Source of the DNA: Podarcis gaigeae | Taxonomy: Eukaryota | DNA: 64,000 nucleotides | Assembly: GCA_964106915.2 (NCBI GenBank) | Contig: OZ066918.1 | Direction: 5' to 3' (one strand) | In this document: positions 52,307 to 64,000 of the stretch, piece after piece | Numbering within the stretch: the stretch's first letter is position 1 | Layout of the letters: every line of letters starts with the position of its first letter | Translations under genes and position numbers: made by a program | Notes under the pieces: generated by a model | What the model was told of the DNA's origin: nothing | The model's input: the letters and a program-made list of their open reading frames with translations, nothing else | Databases searched by the model: none

Positions 52307-52467
52307 GGCAGTAGACCTCTGAACACCAGATGTGGAGGGCAGACCACATGGGAGGGCTGTTGCCTTCATGCCCTTTCTCATCATCTGGCCAGCTGTTGAT
52401 GTAAACAAAATGCTGGACAAAATGAACCTTTGGCCTGACCCAGAAGGACCACTCTTGTGTTCTTAGG
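52307..52467 (+). mobile_element. CR1-type LINE 3' end
   Basis: cctctgaacaccag...atgctggac...cctttggcctgaccca...ctcttgtgttctta. Confidence 0.6.
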
Positions 52468-54298
52468 CACCTAGATTTGAATATGAAGAGTAGAATCCTT
52501 GGCCACGCATGAAGAGATTCCAGATCCATGAAATGACATGTTAGCACATCTATACTAAGCAACCCCCTCCTCACAGGATAAATAAACTTGGGTAGAGGCT
52601 TGCGCCTGCTAGCAACTTTGCTGGTGCACACACTACCCATGCTGCCTGGCACCCACATGTTCAGAATGAGTGTAAAAGCAGAATGTGTGCAAACTGCTGT
52701 ACATGTGTACAGCTTGGTTTGTGGGGCAATCAGGGTTCCCAATTCTGTGAAGGAGCCCCATGTGCATTTGTCTCTGGGCAAGGAGACCACTTTCACAATC
52801 ACCCTGAACATGCAGAGTTTAAGAAGCAATGCTAGAAGGCATTCTGCTGCTGTTCCTCACCCACCACCCCCAGAATGTACAGATAGAGGGAACATATGCA
52901 CACCTGGGGGGGGGGGAGGTCACGTGGTTCTTATGACTGTACATTGCAATTCAGCTAACCCTCCCCAGGATCCATTTCTTTACACCCTTAGGTATTCTGT
53001 GGCAACAAAACCTACTTCCATTTCCCCCCATTGGGGTAAGTCTTAAGGGGAGGGAAAGAAGGAAATTGGAGTTTTTCCCTGATTATTTTCTTGTTTTTTT
53101 GACAGTGCCTTTACATCTCTAGAGAGGACTGGCTTATCTCAAATAAGTTGCTTGCCTGTGGATTTCCTTTAAAATACCCCATTTTCTTTTCACAATGACC
53201 TTCTGAGGTTGGCATAACAGGGACTTACTGAAGGCTACCCCAAAAACATGACTGAATAGATGTTTGAACCTGGATTTTCCCAGCCCAGGGAAATGCCACC
53301 CTCCTGTACCACATTGACTACCAAGACAATGGATTCAATGGTTTTGAGACTTGTAGTTGCATGACATGTTTCTCTTATGTGGTATATTCTAGAATAATAT
53401 AAGTGAAAAGCAAAACCTCTCCCTGCCCCAAGGAACACAAAAATCTAAAATAACATAACATTCTGCCATGTATTCCCTCTCCTATCATTGATCATGGTGT
53501 CAGAAAAATGAAACGGGTGATGACATCACATTGTGCATTGTAGAATGCTATAGGTTGCCATGAGGAGTACAAAATATACACAAAGTAGTGCGTCTAGCAA
53601 CATCTAGTTCCACTTCAAGAAAAGAGAGCAATAACCAAACAAGTTAAAAGCTAACAGAGAGAGAGAAGGGGAGAGAGAGAGAGGGAAATAATATATTTGC
53701 TTTGGCATGTTAAGAATGCAGAGCTGGGATGTTTAAGATCTTTATGTTCGCCCATGCCGAGGCTAAAAGTCACCTACTCTTGTTATGTCTGTCAGTAAAC
53801 ACTGGACTAGAGCTCAAAGAATTCCTTATTTCTAGATAAAACAATGTAAAACGCATACTGTACTTTCACCAGCAGTCTCTGGAGCACAAGTGCTCTGAAG
53901 CTGGCCCAATTATATTTATACGACAGCAGCCAAACGCGAAACCAAACCGCAATGTGTATTTTGGATCTGTAAGCAAAAATGCCCTTTGACAGGATCCCAT
54001 AAAGAGAAAAAGAGAGAGACACCCCTCCAGCTTTTTTAACGTGGGAGCCGTTCTTTTCCCCACAACACAGCAAAGCCATTTAACAATATCCACATACGCA
54101 CTACTTTTAAATGACATGCGACACGACTCCAGTTTGGCAGAGAAGCCAAAGCTTCACCTGGGGCGACTGAGTCCCGAATGTCATTTACTGCTCTTTCAGG
54201 AGGAGGGGGAAAGAAGCATTAGAACAACAAAACAAAACATTCCCAGAAAATTCCGTAAAAGAGAAATAAAGGAAGAATGGGGAATGATTTTTCCTTAC

Positions 54299-54325
54299 CC
54301 TCATTGTTTTCTGTAGTATGTACAT
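54299..54325 (-). CDS. RASGEF1A: Putative first coding exon (exon 1), MYILQKTMR
   Basis: Minus strand reads ATG TAC ATA CTA CAG AAA ACA ATG AGG|gtaagg. The strong phase-0 donor is in frame with exon 2 (GAA ACT ATG). An in-frame TAA lies 15 nt upstream, and a CRE and CpG-retaining DNA are adjacent. Confidence 0.6.
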
Positions 54326-54329
54326 AAGC

Positions 54330-54780
54330 TTGTAGTGTTATGTTGATCCCGGTGGCTTTCTAAAAGAGGTAACCCTTAGCCGAGCATCGCAGTTCGAGCC
54401 TGAGAGGAGAAAACGAGAAAGCTCTCTGGCTTCAGCTCTCCTTCCCGCCAGCTCAGATCTCAAAAACAGCTCCAGTTGATCTGAGCAAAACCAGAAAGCC
54501 TGCGAGCTTCCCAGACGAGCTCTGACGTCAGCAGCTGGCTTGGCTTGCCGTTGGCTGAGAGGAAGCTTGTCTGATTCAAAAGGAGTGGAGTTTACTACTA
54601 CAGCTGCCTTTTGTGCGCCGAGAGTGCCAGCTTTGAAAGGAAAAGCCCACCCTCTGCTTCCCTTTCTGAAAAGCTTTCCAACAGGTTGGGTCGCATGGGA
54701 ATACTATTCCCCACTCACCCTTCAGCTCTGCTTTCTCGGAGATCGAAAGGGCTGGGCTGCAAAGATGAGGAACTTACTTG
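54330..54780 (-). promoter_or_regulatory. Putative RASGEF1A promoter/5' UTR with a full CRE (TGACGTCA, 54523-54530) and an E-box (CAGCTG, 54532-54537)
   Basis: CpGs retained in unique sequence, a palindromic CRE, and position immediately upstream of the candidate first exon. Confidence 0.55.
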
Positions 54781-55899
54781 AATGATCTGGAGTTTTTATT
54801 TTGAAAAAAATAAAACACCCAAGGTCGTGTGTGGAGCAGTCAGGGTATTTCTAGCCAGTTTCACAGAACCGACTCTGTTTCTCTAAATAGTTCCTCGTTG
54901 TTTCGAACAACGGCTTTTTGAGTTATTTCTTGTCAGAAGGGGAATTCTGACAGATAGTAACGGTAAACACTGACAAACAGACCCTTTGCATGAGTGCCAA
55001 ATCGTGGATTGTGTACTTGTGATTTGGATGACTATTATTATTATTATTCATTTATGTAGCATTATCAGGGCACATGGCTCCTTACAAAGTTTTACAAGCA
55101 ACAAATAGTATGATCATCCAGGAATCCAAACAGACTGAATTAACAGATACACAGCACACTCTACATTGCCATCAACTTCACATTACTTCAATAGGACGCT
55201 AGCAGCTGTGGAAAAATTCCCCAGATCCTAATAATTAAAACAGTGTTCTCATCCCCAGCTAAAACCTAACAAACTTTTGCTTACATTCATCCTGTTTCCT
55301 TTGCCTCCCTTCCTTCCCTTTGTTGTCTTCCGCATTGTGTATATTTAGAATGTGAGCTTCTTGGGGTGGAGACTCACCCTTCCCCACTTGCTAACATGCT
55401 TCTACTCCTACTCTTATAACAATGGTCGTAATTAGTAAATAATAATAAAATAATAATAATAATAAAACAATTACTGTCTGTCATGTTAGTATGCTTACAA
55501 TAGCTCTTTATTGTCCAACACATTTTGCCCAGCTAATAGGGTTAACTGCTGTCCTGTCCTGGAATAATTTATGGGTTAAAGGGCAGGTACTGTATCTGTA
55601 TCCCTCTGATTTTTTCCGCAAGTAGCCATGTCTTTTGGTCTTAATTTGTTACCTCTTTTTCCAGTATTTAGACATATCAAATATAGAAGAGGCTTGTTTT
55701 AAAACTGAATGAATGTTCTAGCTCATTTAGGTTTCATTATTTGTGTTCAGGTGTAGGAAATGCAAAAGACAATTTAAAAGCTGATTGCGAAAACAGTTCT
55801 TAGATGCACCACTCCCTGCCCCCATGACCCTTTCCCCCCTGGCCCTTCATTGCTGTGTTGAAATATGCACGAGATTACTCACATGGTTAATTGTTAAAT

Positions 55900-56890
55900 G
55901 CAACACAGTCACATCTGACTTCAAAAGAGGAAATTTCCCCAAAATGAAGTTGAAAGAGAAAGTTAAGAAGGGTCAGATGTCTCCAAAATGCTTCAGGGTT
56001 ATTGAAAACTACAATATTAGAAGTTCAGTTAGAATGGTTACCACCAATCAAGAAATGTACCACCAGGACCAAGGGGATGTGGTTTGCAAGCAGAGTGAAG
56101 GAACTGTTAGAAGCAAAGAAGGCTATCTTCAGAAAGTCTTGTCCAAATGAGGAAACAAACTTTGGCAAAAGAAGTGGAAGCAGACAGTATGAGATGGGGG
56201 AAACGAAATGTGAGGCGCGCATAGTTATGAACAAGCAAACATAAAGACCAACAACAAAAAATCATTATATACATTAGTAGCCAGAGATAAGCTAGGGAGG
56301 TGCTTCAGCCTTTAGACGACAAGTAGGTCAAAGGTATATTGAAGGAAAAGAAGATTGCAGAGAAGCTGGGTGAATACTTTTACAATGGACAATATAGTTC
56401 AGATCCCTGTGCCTGAACTAACTTTCACAGGAAGGAGAGTCTGAAGAATTGTGGTGATAAGAGAAAGTGTTCTAGGCCTTAGTGGCAAAATAAAAACGGA
56501 AAATCACCAGCTTCAGATAGCATTTGCCAAAGTGTTTTTAAGTAACTCAAATGTGAAATTGCTGATACTGTTAACAAAAAGATTTAATGTGTCTCTAAGA
56601 TCGGCCTCTATAAAGGAAAGTGGCCATCAGGATGCCAGTTTTTAAAAAGTGATCTGGGGGAATCCAAGAAATAACATCCAGTTAGTTTCATGTGTCTTCC
56701 AGGAAAGCATATGAAGAACAAGTCTTGCTGAAGCAGAACCAGCATGGCTTTTGCAAATGTAAGCCCTGTTTCACTAACCTCTTAGGGTGCTTTGAGAGTA
56801 TTAACAAGCGTACAGATAGAGGTGATCCAATTGATATTTGTTCTTGGACTTTCAAAAAGCTTTTGACGAAGTACCTCACTGAAGAATTTT
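55900..56890 (+). mobile_element. Degenerate CR1 LINE ORF2 fragment reaching the start of the RT domain
   Basis: Frameshifted pieces; QNQHGFCKCKPCFTNLL..FE....D.GDPID resembles the CR1 RT motif QHGF.KGKSCLTNLLEFFE...D.G..VD. Confidence 0.85.
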
Positions 56891-57590
56891 GAAGAAATTC
56901 TAATAATTTATTTATCTACTTGTTCTGGAGGATCAACAAGAATGAATTAAGTGTGCATTTCTGGCATCCCCCCCTTAAGTATTATGATTGTATTATTTAT
57001 ATTGCATTATGAAAGAAGAGAAAAGAATACAGTATTACCTAAATTGTTTGGGACCCATATGCTTCAAAGAGCACCTTCTTCCAAAGTTCCTCTTCACATG
57101 CTCCATTCATCACCTGAGAAATCACCTGAATCCCAGGGGGCGGCAAAATGGAGCAGAGTCCTTTTTGTGGGATGCACCTTGTGGAAAGTCCTCTTGGTTT
57201 AGATTTACCAAGCCCGAACACTTTGTGGGCTAAAGCCTGGTTTAGGATGGAAAACCTCCATCCTCTCGTTCTTATTAATATTTTAAGACTGTTTTCCTTT
57301 ATAGCTTCACTCAGTTTGGGGAGCTTTATGAATGGATGTTTTTTTGTTGATTTTTGTTTTTAAATTAAGGTTTATTTGTCAATTTGGTTTGTGTGTATAT
57401 TTTATTGCTATTGGCAGCTTTGAATTTCTTTTTGCAGGAGGCAGGAGAAGGATATAAATTTATGAAAGAGACACCAATCATTTAGCTATATTTGGTTTAA
57501 AGGCAAGTATGACTAAGATTTTTTTCATTTTCTTTTTTTTTTTTTAGTCTAATTCCCGTTGCTAAAACTGGGCTACTCGGGACATCGCTC

Positions 57591-57639
57591 CAATTTTGTA
57601 ACCTGGTTGTAGCAATTTTGTAACCTGGTTGTAGCAATT
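57591..57639. repeat. Perfect 22-bp tandem duplication (caattttgtaacctggttgtag, 2.2 copies)
   Basis: Directly visible. Confidence 0.9.
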
Positions 57640-58654
57640 ACTTCCCACCTTGCTTGTAAGAATGTATATATTTCAATGTATTTAGAAACACTTACATTTT
57701 GGCCTCCACTGCTCTACACCTAGTGCCTGCCTTGTGCCTCTTGAAAGCAGCTGTGTATAATAACAATGGCGAACATGCCTAATAAGAATGACTAACCTGC
57801 GGCTTAGGCCCTTTTCTAAACAAACCTTGGAAAGAACTAATTTCTACGAGCTTTTCATCTTGAATGTTGACGGGTGGTTAGGGACAAGGTTGTGTATTGC
57901 TCTTTCCACACTCTGTTACAAAGGTCATGGCAGTTCATCTCCCAAGAACCTCTGTCAACATTTGAGGCTTTCCTTGCATGGTGATAAGGACGTTTCTATC
58001 AAGGTAGCTGAGGAAACAACGGGCTTTTCCCTCACAAGCACATTTCCAGTATCTTATCCCTGGTGTTTTCTGTGTATGGCTAGGAGTAGTCAAAGTGTTA
58101 CCTTCCAGATGTTGTTGACTTATAACTCCCATCAGTCAGCACAGCCAAAGTCAGGGGTGATGGGCAGAGGTGTATCTAAGATCCCTTATGCAGTTGACAA
58201 GGATCTGTATTGCCCCCCCTAAAAAATCACTTTACCATAGTAGCCACATTAGAAATCACTACATATTATGTGACCCAAGTAGTCAAAGTGTCTGGAGTGA
58301 GGGTGATGTGAGGAGGAATGGCAAGAAAGACAGGAAGAATCTCCTGCGTTTGATCTTTCTGCAACAGCAGTGGCATGTTGCTAAACACATATACATCATA
58401 GATGCCGTAGTCTCCAGCGGTCTACCTTCATACCACCTCACCATTTCTCCTACTGCTCAGTTTCCAGCTCTGGTCTAAACTCATGACCTGACACAGATAA
58501 CTGGAGGCAGATTTCTGGGGTGATTTTTGTGTTCCCCCAGGGCCTGCACCCCCAGAGAGTGCCGGCTTCTCCAACCCCTAGGTACACCTCTGGTGATGGG
58601 AATTGTAGTCCAACAACTTTAGTGCATTTAATATGTGTGTACTGTCTGCAAGCA

Positions 58655-59017
58655 GGGACGCGGGTGGCGCTGTGGGTAAAAGCCTCAGCGCCTAGGGCTT
58701 GCCGATCGAAAGGTCGGCAGTTCGAATCCCCGCAGCGGGGTGCGCTCCCGTTGCTCGGTCCCAGCGCCTGCCAACCTAGCAGTTCGAAAGCACCCTCGGG
58801 TGCAAGTAGATAAATAGGGACCGCTTTCTAGCGGGAAGGTAAACGGCGTTTCCGTGTGCAGCTCTGGCTCGCCAGAGCAGCGATGTCACGCTGGCCACGT
58901 GACCCGGAAGTGTCTTCGGACAGCGCTGGCCCCTGGCCTCTTGAGTGAGATGGGCGCACAACCCCAGAGTCTGGCAAGACTGGCCCGTACGGGCAGGGGT
59001 ACCTTTACCTTTACCTT
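58655..59017 (+). mobile_element. Sauria SINE, distinct CpG-rich subfamily
   Basis: Starts gggacgcgggtggcgctgtggg, ends (ACCTTT)3; TSD tactgtctgcaag. Confidence 0.92.
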
Positions 59018-60068
59018 TACTGTCTGCAAGAAGAAGTACAAGTCTGACTTTGGCTTAGATTGTGGATTGATAAAATATTTGACCCAAACCTCTGTATTTT
59101 AAAGAACAGTGTAACGGAAACAAATAACCAAGCATGGTTTGGGTGAAAGGTTGGTAAAGCTCCCCTTAGATACCTAGATTTTACATGGCTTTACTTAGAA
59201 GTGTCTGGAAATGTGTAAAGGAAGCACACAATAAAAGCCATCATCGTCAATTGACCGTAAACCAGTTTGCCCCCCAGCCAAGATGGGGTACATTTCAAAG
59301 TTGTGGGTTAAACCACAGAGCCTAGGACTTTCAGGAAAGAACATGACTTCAGTTTGGTTTGAGAGGAGTATTGCAAATCTCTCCTTTTGCTGCTTGCCTT
59401 GAACTGCCAAAGCAGGGAGGTTTTTATGCACCTGGCTGGCTAGTAGGCTTGCCAAACAACCAGCAGGAAACTGGCCTGGCCAGATGTTATCTGTGTTGTT
59501 TTTACTAGCAGGCCAGTTGGTTTGTAGCTGTGCACTTTGGGGTTTTCCAGGGTTTTGCTGCTGTTCTCCTTTGCAAGCCATTCTCTGTTTTGTCTTGGTA
59601 AAATGCAAATAATATTTCAGTTATAGGTTAGACGGTGATGCTTATACTATGGTCAAGGCTGCCATTCAGGTTGCATTCTTCCAACTGCTGAGAATATTTT
59701 ACAGTTCCTATTTCCTTTATCTACTCCAAACCCTTCCAAAAATGACAGTTTTGTCATTTTTATGGTGTGAAACTGAAACTGATTCATTCATAGTCGCTAA
59801 TGACAGAGTTTATCACAGCTGGCCAAAAAGTGTGACCCTATCCATATTTATCCATAAAGCTAAAATCACATATAGTCAAAACACAGGGGGTTCAATGGTG
59901 GGTGGGATTACCAGTCTTTTTTCCTGGATGCCCACCCCCCTTTCACCCCCTTTTAATTCTCTCCCCGCCCCAGCCAGCACATAAAGATGAACATGCACAG
60001 GTTAAAGGCATGTAAAGTGTGGGCATACTGTATTAAAAAATAAGTCTTGTGATGTTTAATGTGTCTTA

Positions 60069-60158
60069 AGCATAATCCTATATGCACTTACTTAGAAGTA
60101 AGATCCACTGAACGATGTGGTACTTATTTCTGAGTAAACAGGCATAAGAATTACAGCT
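60069..60158. repeat. About 90-bp palindromic dispersed repeat; copies at about 5096-5185, 28055-28143, 36047-36125 and 26925-27375 (interrupted)
   Basis: Shared aatccta...cttac..gaagtaag..cactgaa...gg.cttacttctgagta.ac...aggatt core. Confidence 0.65.
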
Positions 60159-62067
60159 CAGACACAAGACCAATGCGCTCCATTTGCACTGCAGTATGTG
60201 TTATGTACACATAGCTCTATAAATAGCACTCAGTTTGACACATAAAATTTTTGGGAAGAGAAACTGTTCAAAAGTATTTTATCCTACTCAACAAGTCTGA
60301 GCGGGGCTTCCTTCTTACTTTAGACTAAGCACTTTTACATAAAATTGTGAAGGCGGGGGTCAAAGGGAACTGTGTTAATTTAAAGAGTCAAAAACAAACG
60401 AAGAACCGGATTACAGTGCGCTGCAACCGATTTACTTAAAGACACTTGGATAAATTGCATACCTGATTCCTACAGGACAGCAACAAGTAATTACAAAGGC
60501 ACCAATTTACATTCTTCTGAATCATGTTAATTACAAGGGAAGTAGCTTTGACATATGCCATTTACATCCTCTTAGTAAGTTCTTTCAGTAATGTTTAGGT
60601 TCATTACATGTACATTGCTCTTTAAGAAGAGTTCGCAGAACATCATGCATGCTACAACCACTTGAAGAATTCACATTTTTTTGGATTCCTATATGAAATG
60701 ACCTGATGCACACATCTCAGACCAATGCGTGCATTGGAACTTAAGTTATCCACCATATTTCACATTTCTCCAAGTGTAATGACATTGTTCTGGAAAGTAT
60801 CAAAATATGGATTTTGAGAGCAAAGGCCCATTTTAATGCATATTCTCGGAGAAAAATACACCACATGCCAACCCTTGACACCACCCCTGATTTTGAGAAG
60901 GGTTTGTTGTTGTTTTTTAAATGCAGATTAATGCGGAAATTGAAATAAATTATGGGTGAAAACTTGTGACGTGGTCTAGAAACATAGAGATTCATCCTTC
61001 CCTAATACATGTGGAATGAAATGCTGTTCTGAAAAAGAAGTTTGGTGCGGAAGGAGTGAGGAAATAAGGAAGGAATAATGAGGGCAGGCCACAGAAAAGA
61101 CATGATCTTTCTCACTCTGTAAATAGCAAATAATGAGACTTCTAGCTTACTAGTGATTTAAGTCACTCATGTACAGTAGCAAAAAGGTTGGGGAGCATCT
61201 AAGGAAAAACAGTCTTCTTATCATAGAGGATCTTTCACCTCAGATTTGTACAGGAGGAACACATTGCTGGAAACATTGCTTGGAAACATTGCTGAAAGTG
61301 CCTTATTGGAATGCAGTGATGTGGTAAACCAGTGGAGGGGATGACATGCTGGATTGCCTTTCTTATGTAACAGCACAACCTGTACACAAAGGGAGGTATT
61401 CTTGGAATGTTCATACTCAGCATGCTTTATGAGCTTAGTATTACCTCAGGCCTCCCAGTTAGAAGGTGTGGTACAGAGGCGTGAAGCAGAAACCCTCAGT
61501 TAATTTCAACATATTAGATACTCCATTGCAAACCAGATTGGCCACAACTGTGGTGCAGGCAACTTCTGCAACAAGTGCTTAAAAGCAGTTTACTGAATCT
61601 TCAGTCAGGCTACAGCCAATACCTTCCTAGGCATCTTTGGATCTAGTTGCAATAGTTTTCAAGCTTCCCTCCTTGCAGAGAGCCTTTCACGTCGGTTTCG
61701 TTTGTCATGAAAATCCAAAACCCTGCAGAACATTGTGGGCTGCTTTCAAATGTCATCCTCAGCTTATGTGGGGCATTGAAAGTGTCTTGTTTATGAAACT
61801 GGATTCTACAATGTGCAAATTGAGAGGGTACTCTGGAATTGCAAAGGAAGGCTAATAGGAGCATGCCATCTTACTTTTAGGAAAGCTTGCTTGCCATTAC
61901 TCACATTACTTCAGGAACCCCTGAAAAGTGTCTGAAGATCAAAGGGTTTCTACAACAAAATTTGAAAATCATTGGAGCAGTATAAAATGGGCCCAGCATC
62001 TTTAATGTAGAAACTGAGCTTTTATCTCATGATGTTACATATTTTGCTATAAACTAAGCTGGAAATA

Positions 62068-62424
62068 GGGGCGCGGGTGGCGTTGTGGGTTAAACCACAG
62101 AGCCTAGGACTTGCCAATCAGAAAGTCGGCGGTTCAAATCCCCACAATGGGGTGAGCTCCTGTTTCTTGGTCCCTGCTCCTGCCAACCTAGCAGTTTGAA
62201 AGCACGTCAAAGTGCAAGTAGATAAATAGGTACCGCTCTGGCGCGAAGGTAAACGGCATTTCAGTGCACTGCTCTGGTTCGCCAGAAGTGGCTTAGTCAT
62301 TCTGGCCACATGACCCAGAAGCTGTACGCCGGCTCCATCAGCCAATAAAGCGAGAAGAGCACTGCAACCCCAGAGTCGGTCACGACTGGACCTAATGGTC
62401 AGGTGTCCCTTTACCCTTTACCTT
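62068..62424 (+). mobile_element. Sauria SINE, full length
   Basis: TSD taagctggaaata at 62055-62067 and 62425-62437. Confidence 0.92.
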
Positions 62425-64000
62425 TAAGCTGGAAATAATAATAATGACAATAATTTCTAGTTTGTTTTATTGTACTGTTTGAAATCAGGCCCACAGGCAG
62501 AGGTTTTGTAATAGAGATGGCATAGTGCTAACTGTTGAGAGTCATCCTGGAAAGAGTGAGATTGGAGTGGGGATTGTTTTTTCAAATAAGAAATAACAAA
62601 GCCCAAATACATGTAGTCCAGTTTAAGTCAATAAAATACAACTTTGAATCCTCCTAAAGATAGATAATTATTCCCCAGTGCTTTTGCAATAACTAACCAG
62701 AATGCTAGAAGCAAGGAGCAAATTTACTCCATTGTTCCTGAGAGAAAAATAATTTTGCTGATCTTTGAATCTGGGTAGAGAATGCTCTTTAATATTGCAG
62801 TGTTCATATAATCACTTAAGAGTGCATTCCTATGTAGCCATAGGGCAGACTGGATCTTCACCTTGGATGTTGAAGACCAAACTTCAGTGTTGAAGCCTAC
62901 TTCTTCACAACCACCAGCATCCCTCTGAAGTTCTGGCCCAACTGACATCACACTTCTGGCATCAGTAGGGCCAGAAAAGGGACATTCTGGGGACATTCTG
63001 GATCTAACAACTGGAGGAAGGTTTAGACACCTCTGAGCATCTCTAAACCTCTCCCCCGCCTCTTTCCCCTCCTGCTGGAAATAATGGGATGGAAACAGAC
63101 AATCCTCACACCCAAAATTAATACTTTAAGGCTCAGAAACAACTGAGGTATGCAGACTGTTCTTCCATCCTCACTTCCACTCTGCTGGCTTGAGACCAGA
63201 AGGGGTTTGCATTAGGTGGTAGAACTGCCTTCAAATTTACACCTCTGACACGTTGGTATTACACCCTCAAAAATTGATTATAAATTTTGAGTATGGCAAC
63301 TGAAACACTATGCTACAAACTATCCTCTCAATTGTAAATAGTATGCTTGTTATTTTACTGATGATACTAAACACGTCCTTTCTTTAGAAACCTCAGAGTT
63401 GTTTACATGGGATATATGTCATCTTCCATCTAGGCACTGACCAGGTTCCATACTCATTGAGTGCTTCCACATACGTAGTGTTGTGCACTGTGCACTGGTT
63501 TATTGTGAGGTCCACAGCTCTTATTTGAAACTGCACCACATCAAACAAGCATACTATATGGGGAGGTGATGCAGAAGTTTTGGAATTTGCAAAACGGGGT
63601 GGTTGTTCAGTTTGCCTGTTATCTCTACGCAGCGAAGTAACAAAGCCATTTAATGCAGCAAACACATCTTTTAAAAATTCATTTTTTTATGCATTCATAC
63701 GGAGCACGTGGCAATTCACGAGAATGTTTTTATGCGAGTGAATTTTATTGAGTCTATTACGAGTTTAAATGCTGCAAGCTCTGTGCTGGTTTGTGACCTT
63801 GTCATGTGCGAGTGCAATGGTAAACAAGCTTATTCAAAACTGGGCTGGATTAAGTTTAGGGTATCAGTTCTTAGTGTTCTTGTTTATCGCTACTGGGTTG
63901 CTTCGGCAGGGAGGGGCTCTTTTCAGTTGGCAAACAAAGCCTGACACAAACAAGAGAGGCACGCAGGGTGAGGTGGCAGCATGGAACGTGCAGGAAATGC

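Noticed and set aside
60950-60985. Minus-strand ATG TTT CTA GAC (MFLD...), resembling the recalled human MFLEPQ first exon
   Set aside because: No convincing in-frame donor follows and the similarity is only three residues.
6216-62424. Strand bias of Sauria SINEs (four minus, then two plus)
   Set aside because: Six copies are too few to distinguish from chance.

Overview
Vertebrate genomic DNA from a squamate, most likely a lacertid lizard, judged from the Sauria-SINE subfamilies and the other repeats. The main feature is RASGEF1A on the minus strand. Twelve coding exons (47665 down to 12864) join by hand into one uninterrupted 475-aa ORF (MPQTPIFSS...KTLRTTLLNRA*). A likely first coding exon at 54299-54325 (MYILQKTMR) splices in frame and lies about 200 bp downstream of a perfect CRE in a CpG-retaining promoter-like region. 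One intron has a GC-AG donor overlapped by a competing frameshifting GT. The rest of the window is intron, UTR or intergenic DNA rich in SINEs, CR1/L2 fragments, hAT and Tc1/mariner MITEs and microsatellites. I see no new multi-gene system. The best leads are splicing and UTR regulation, the N-terminal exon, and mobile-element oddities. Exon numbering is mine and counts the 54.3 kb exon as exon 1. Family names and orthologue comparisons come from memory, not from database searches.
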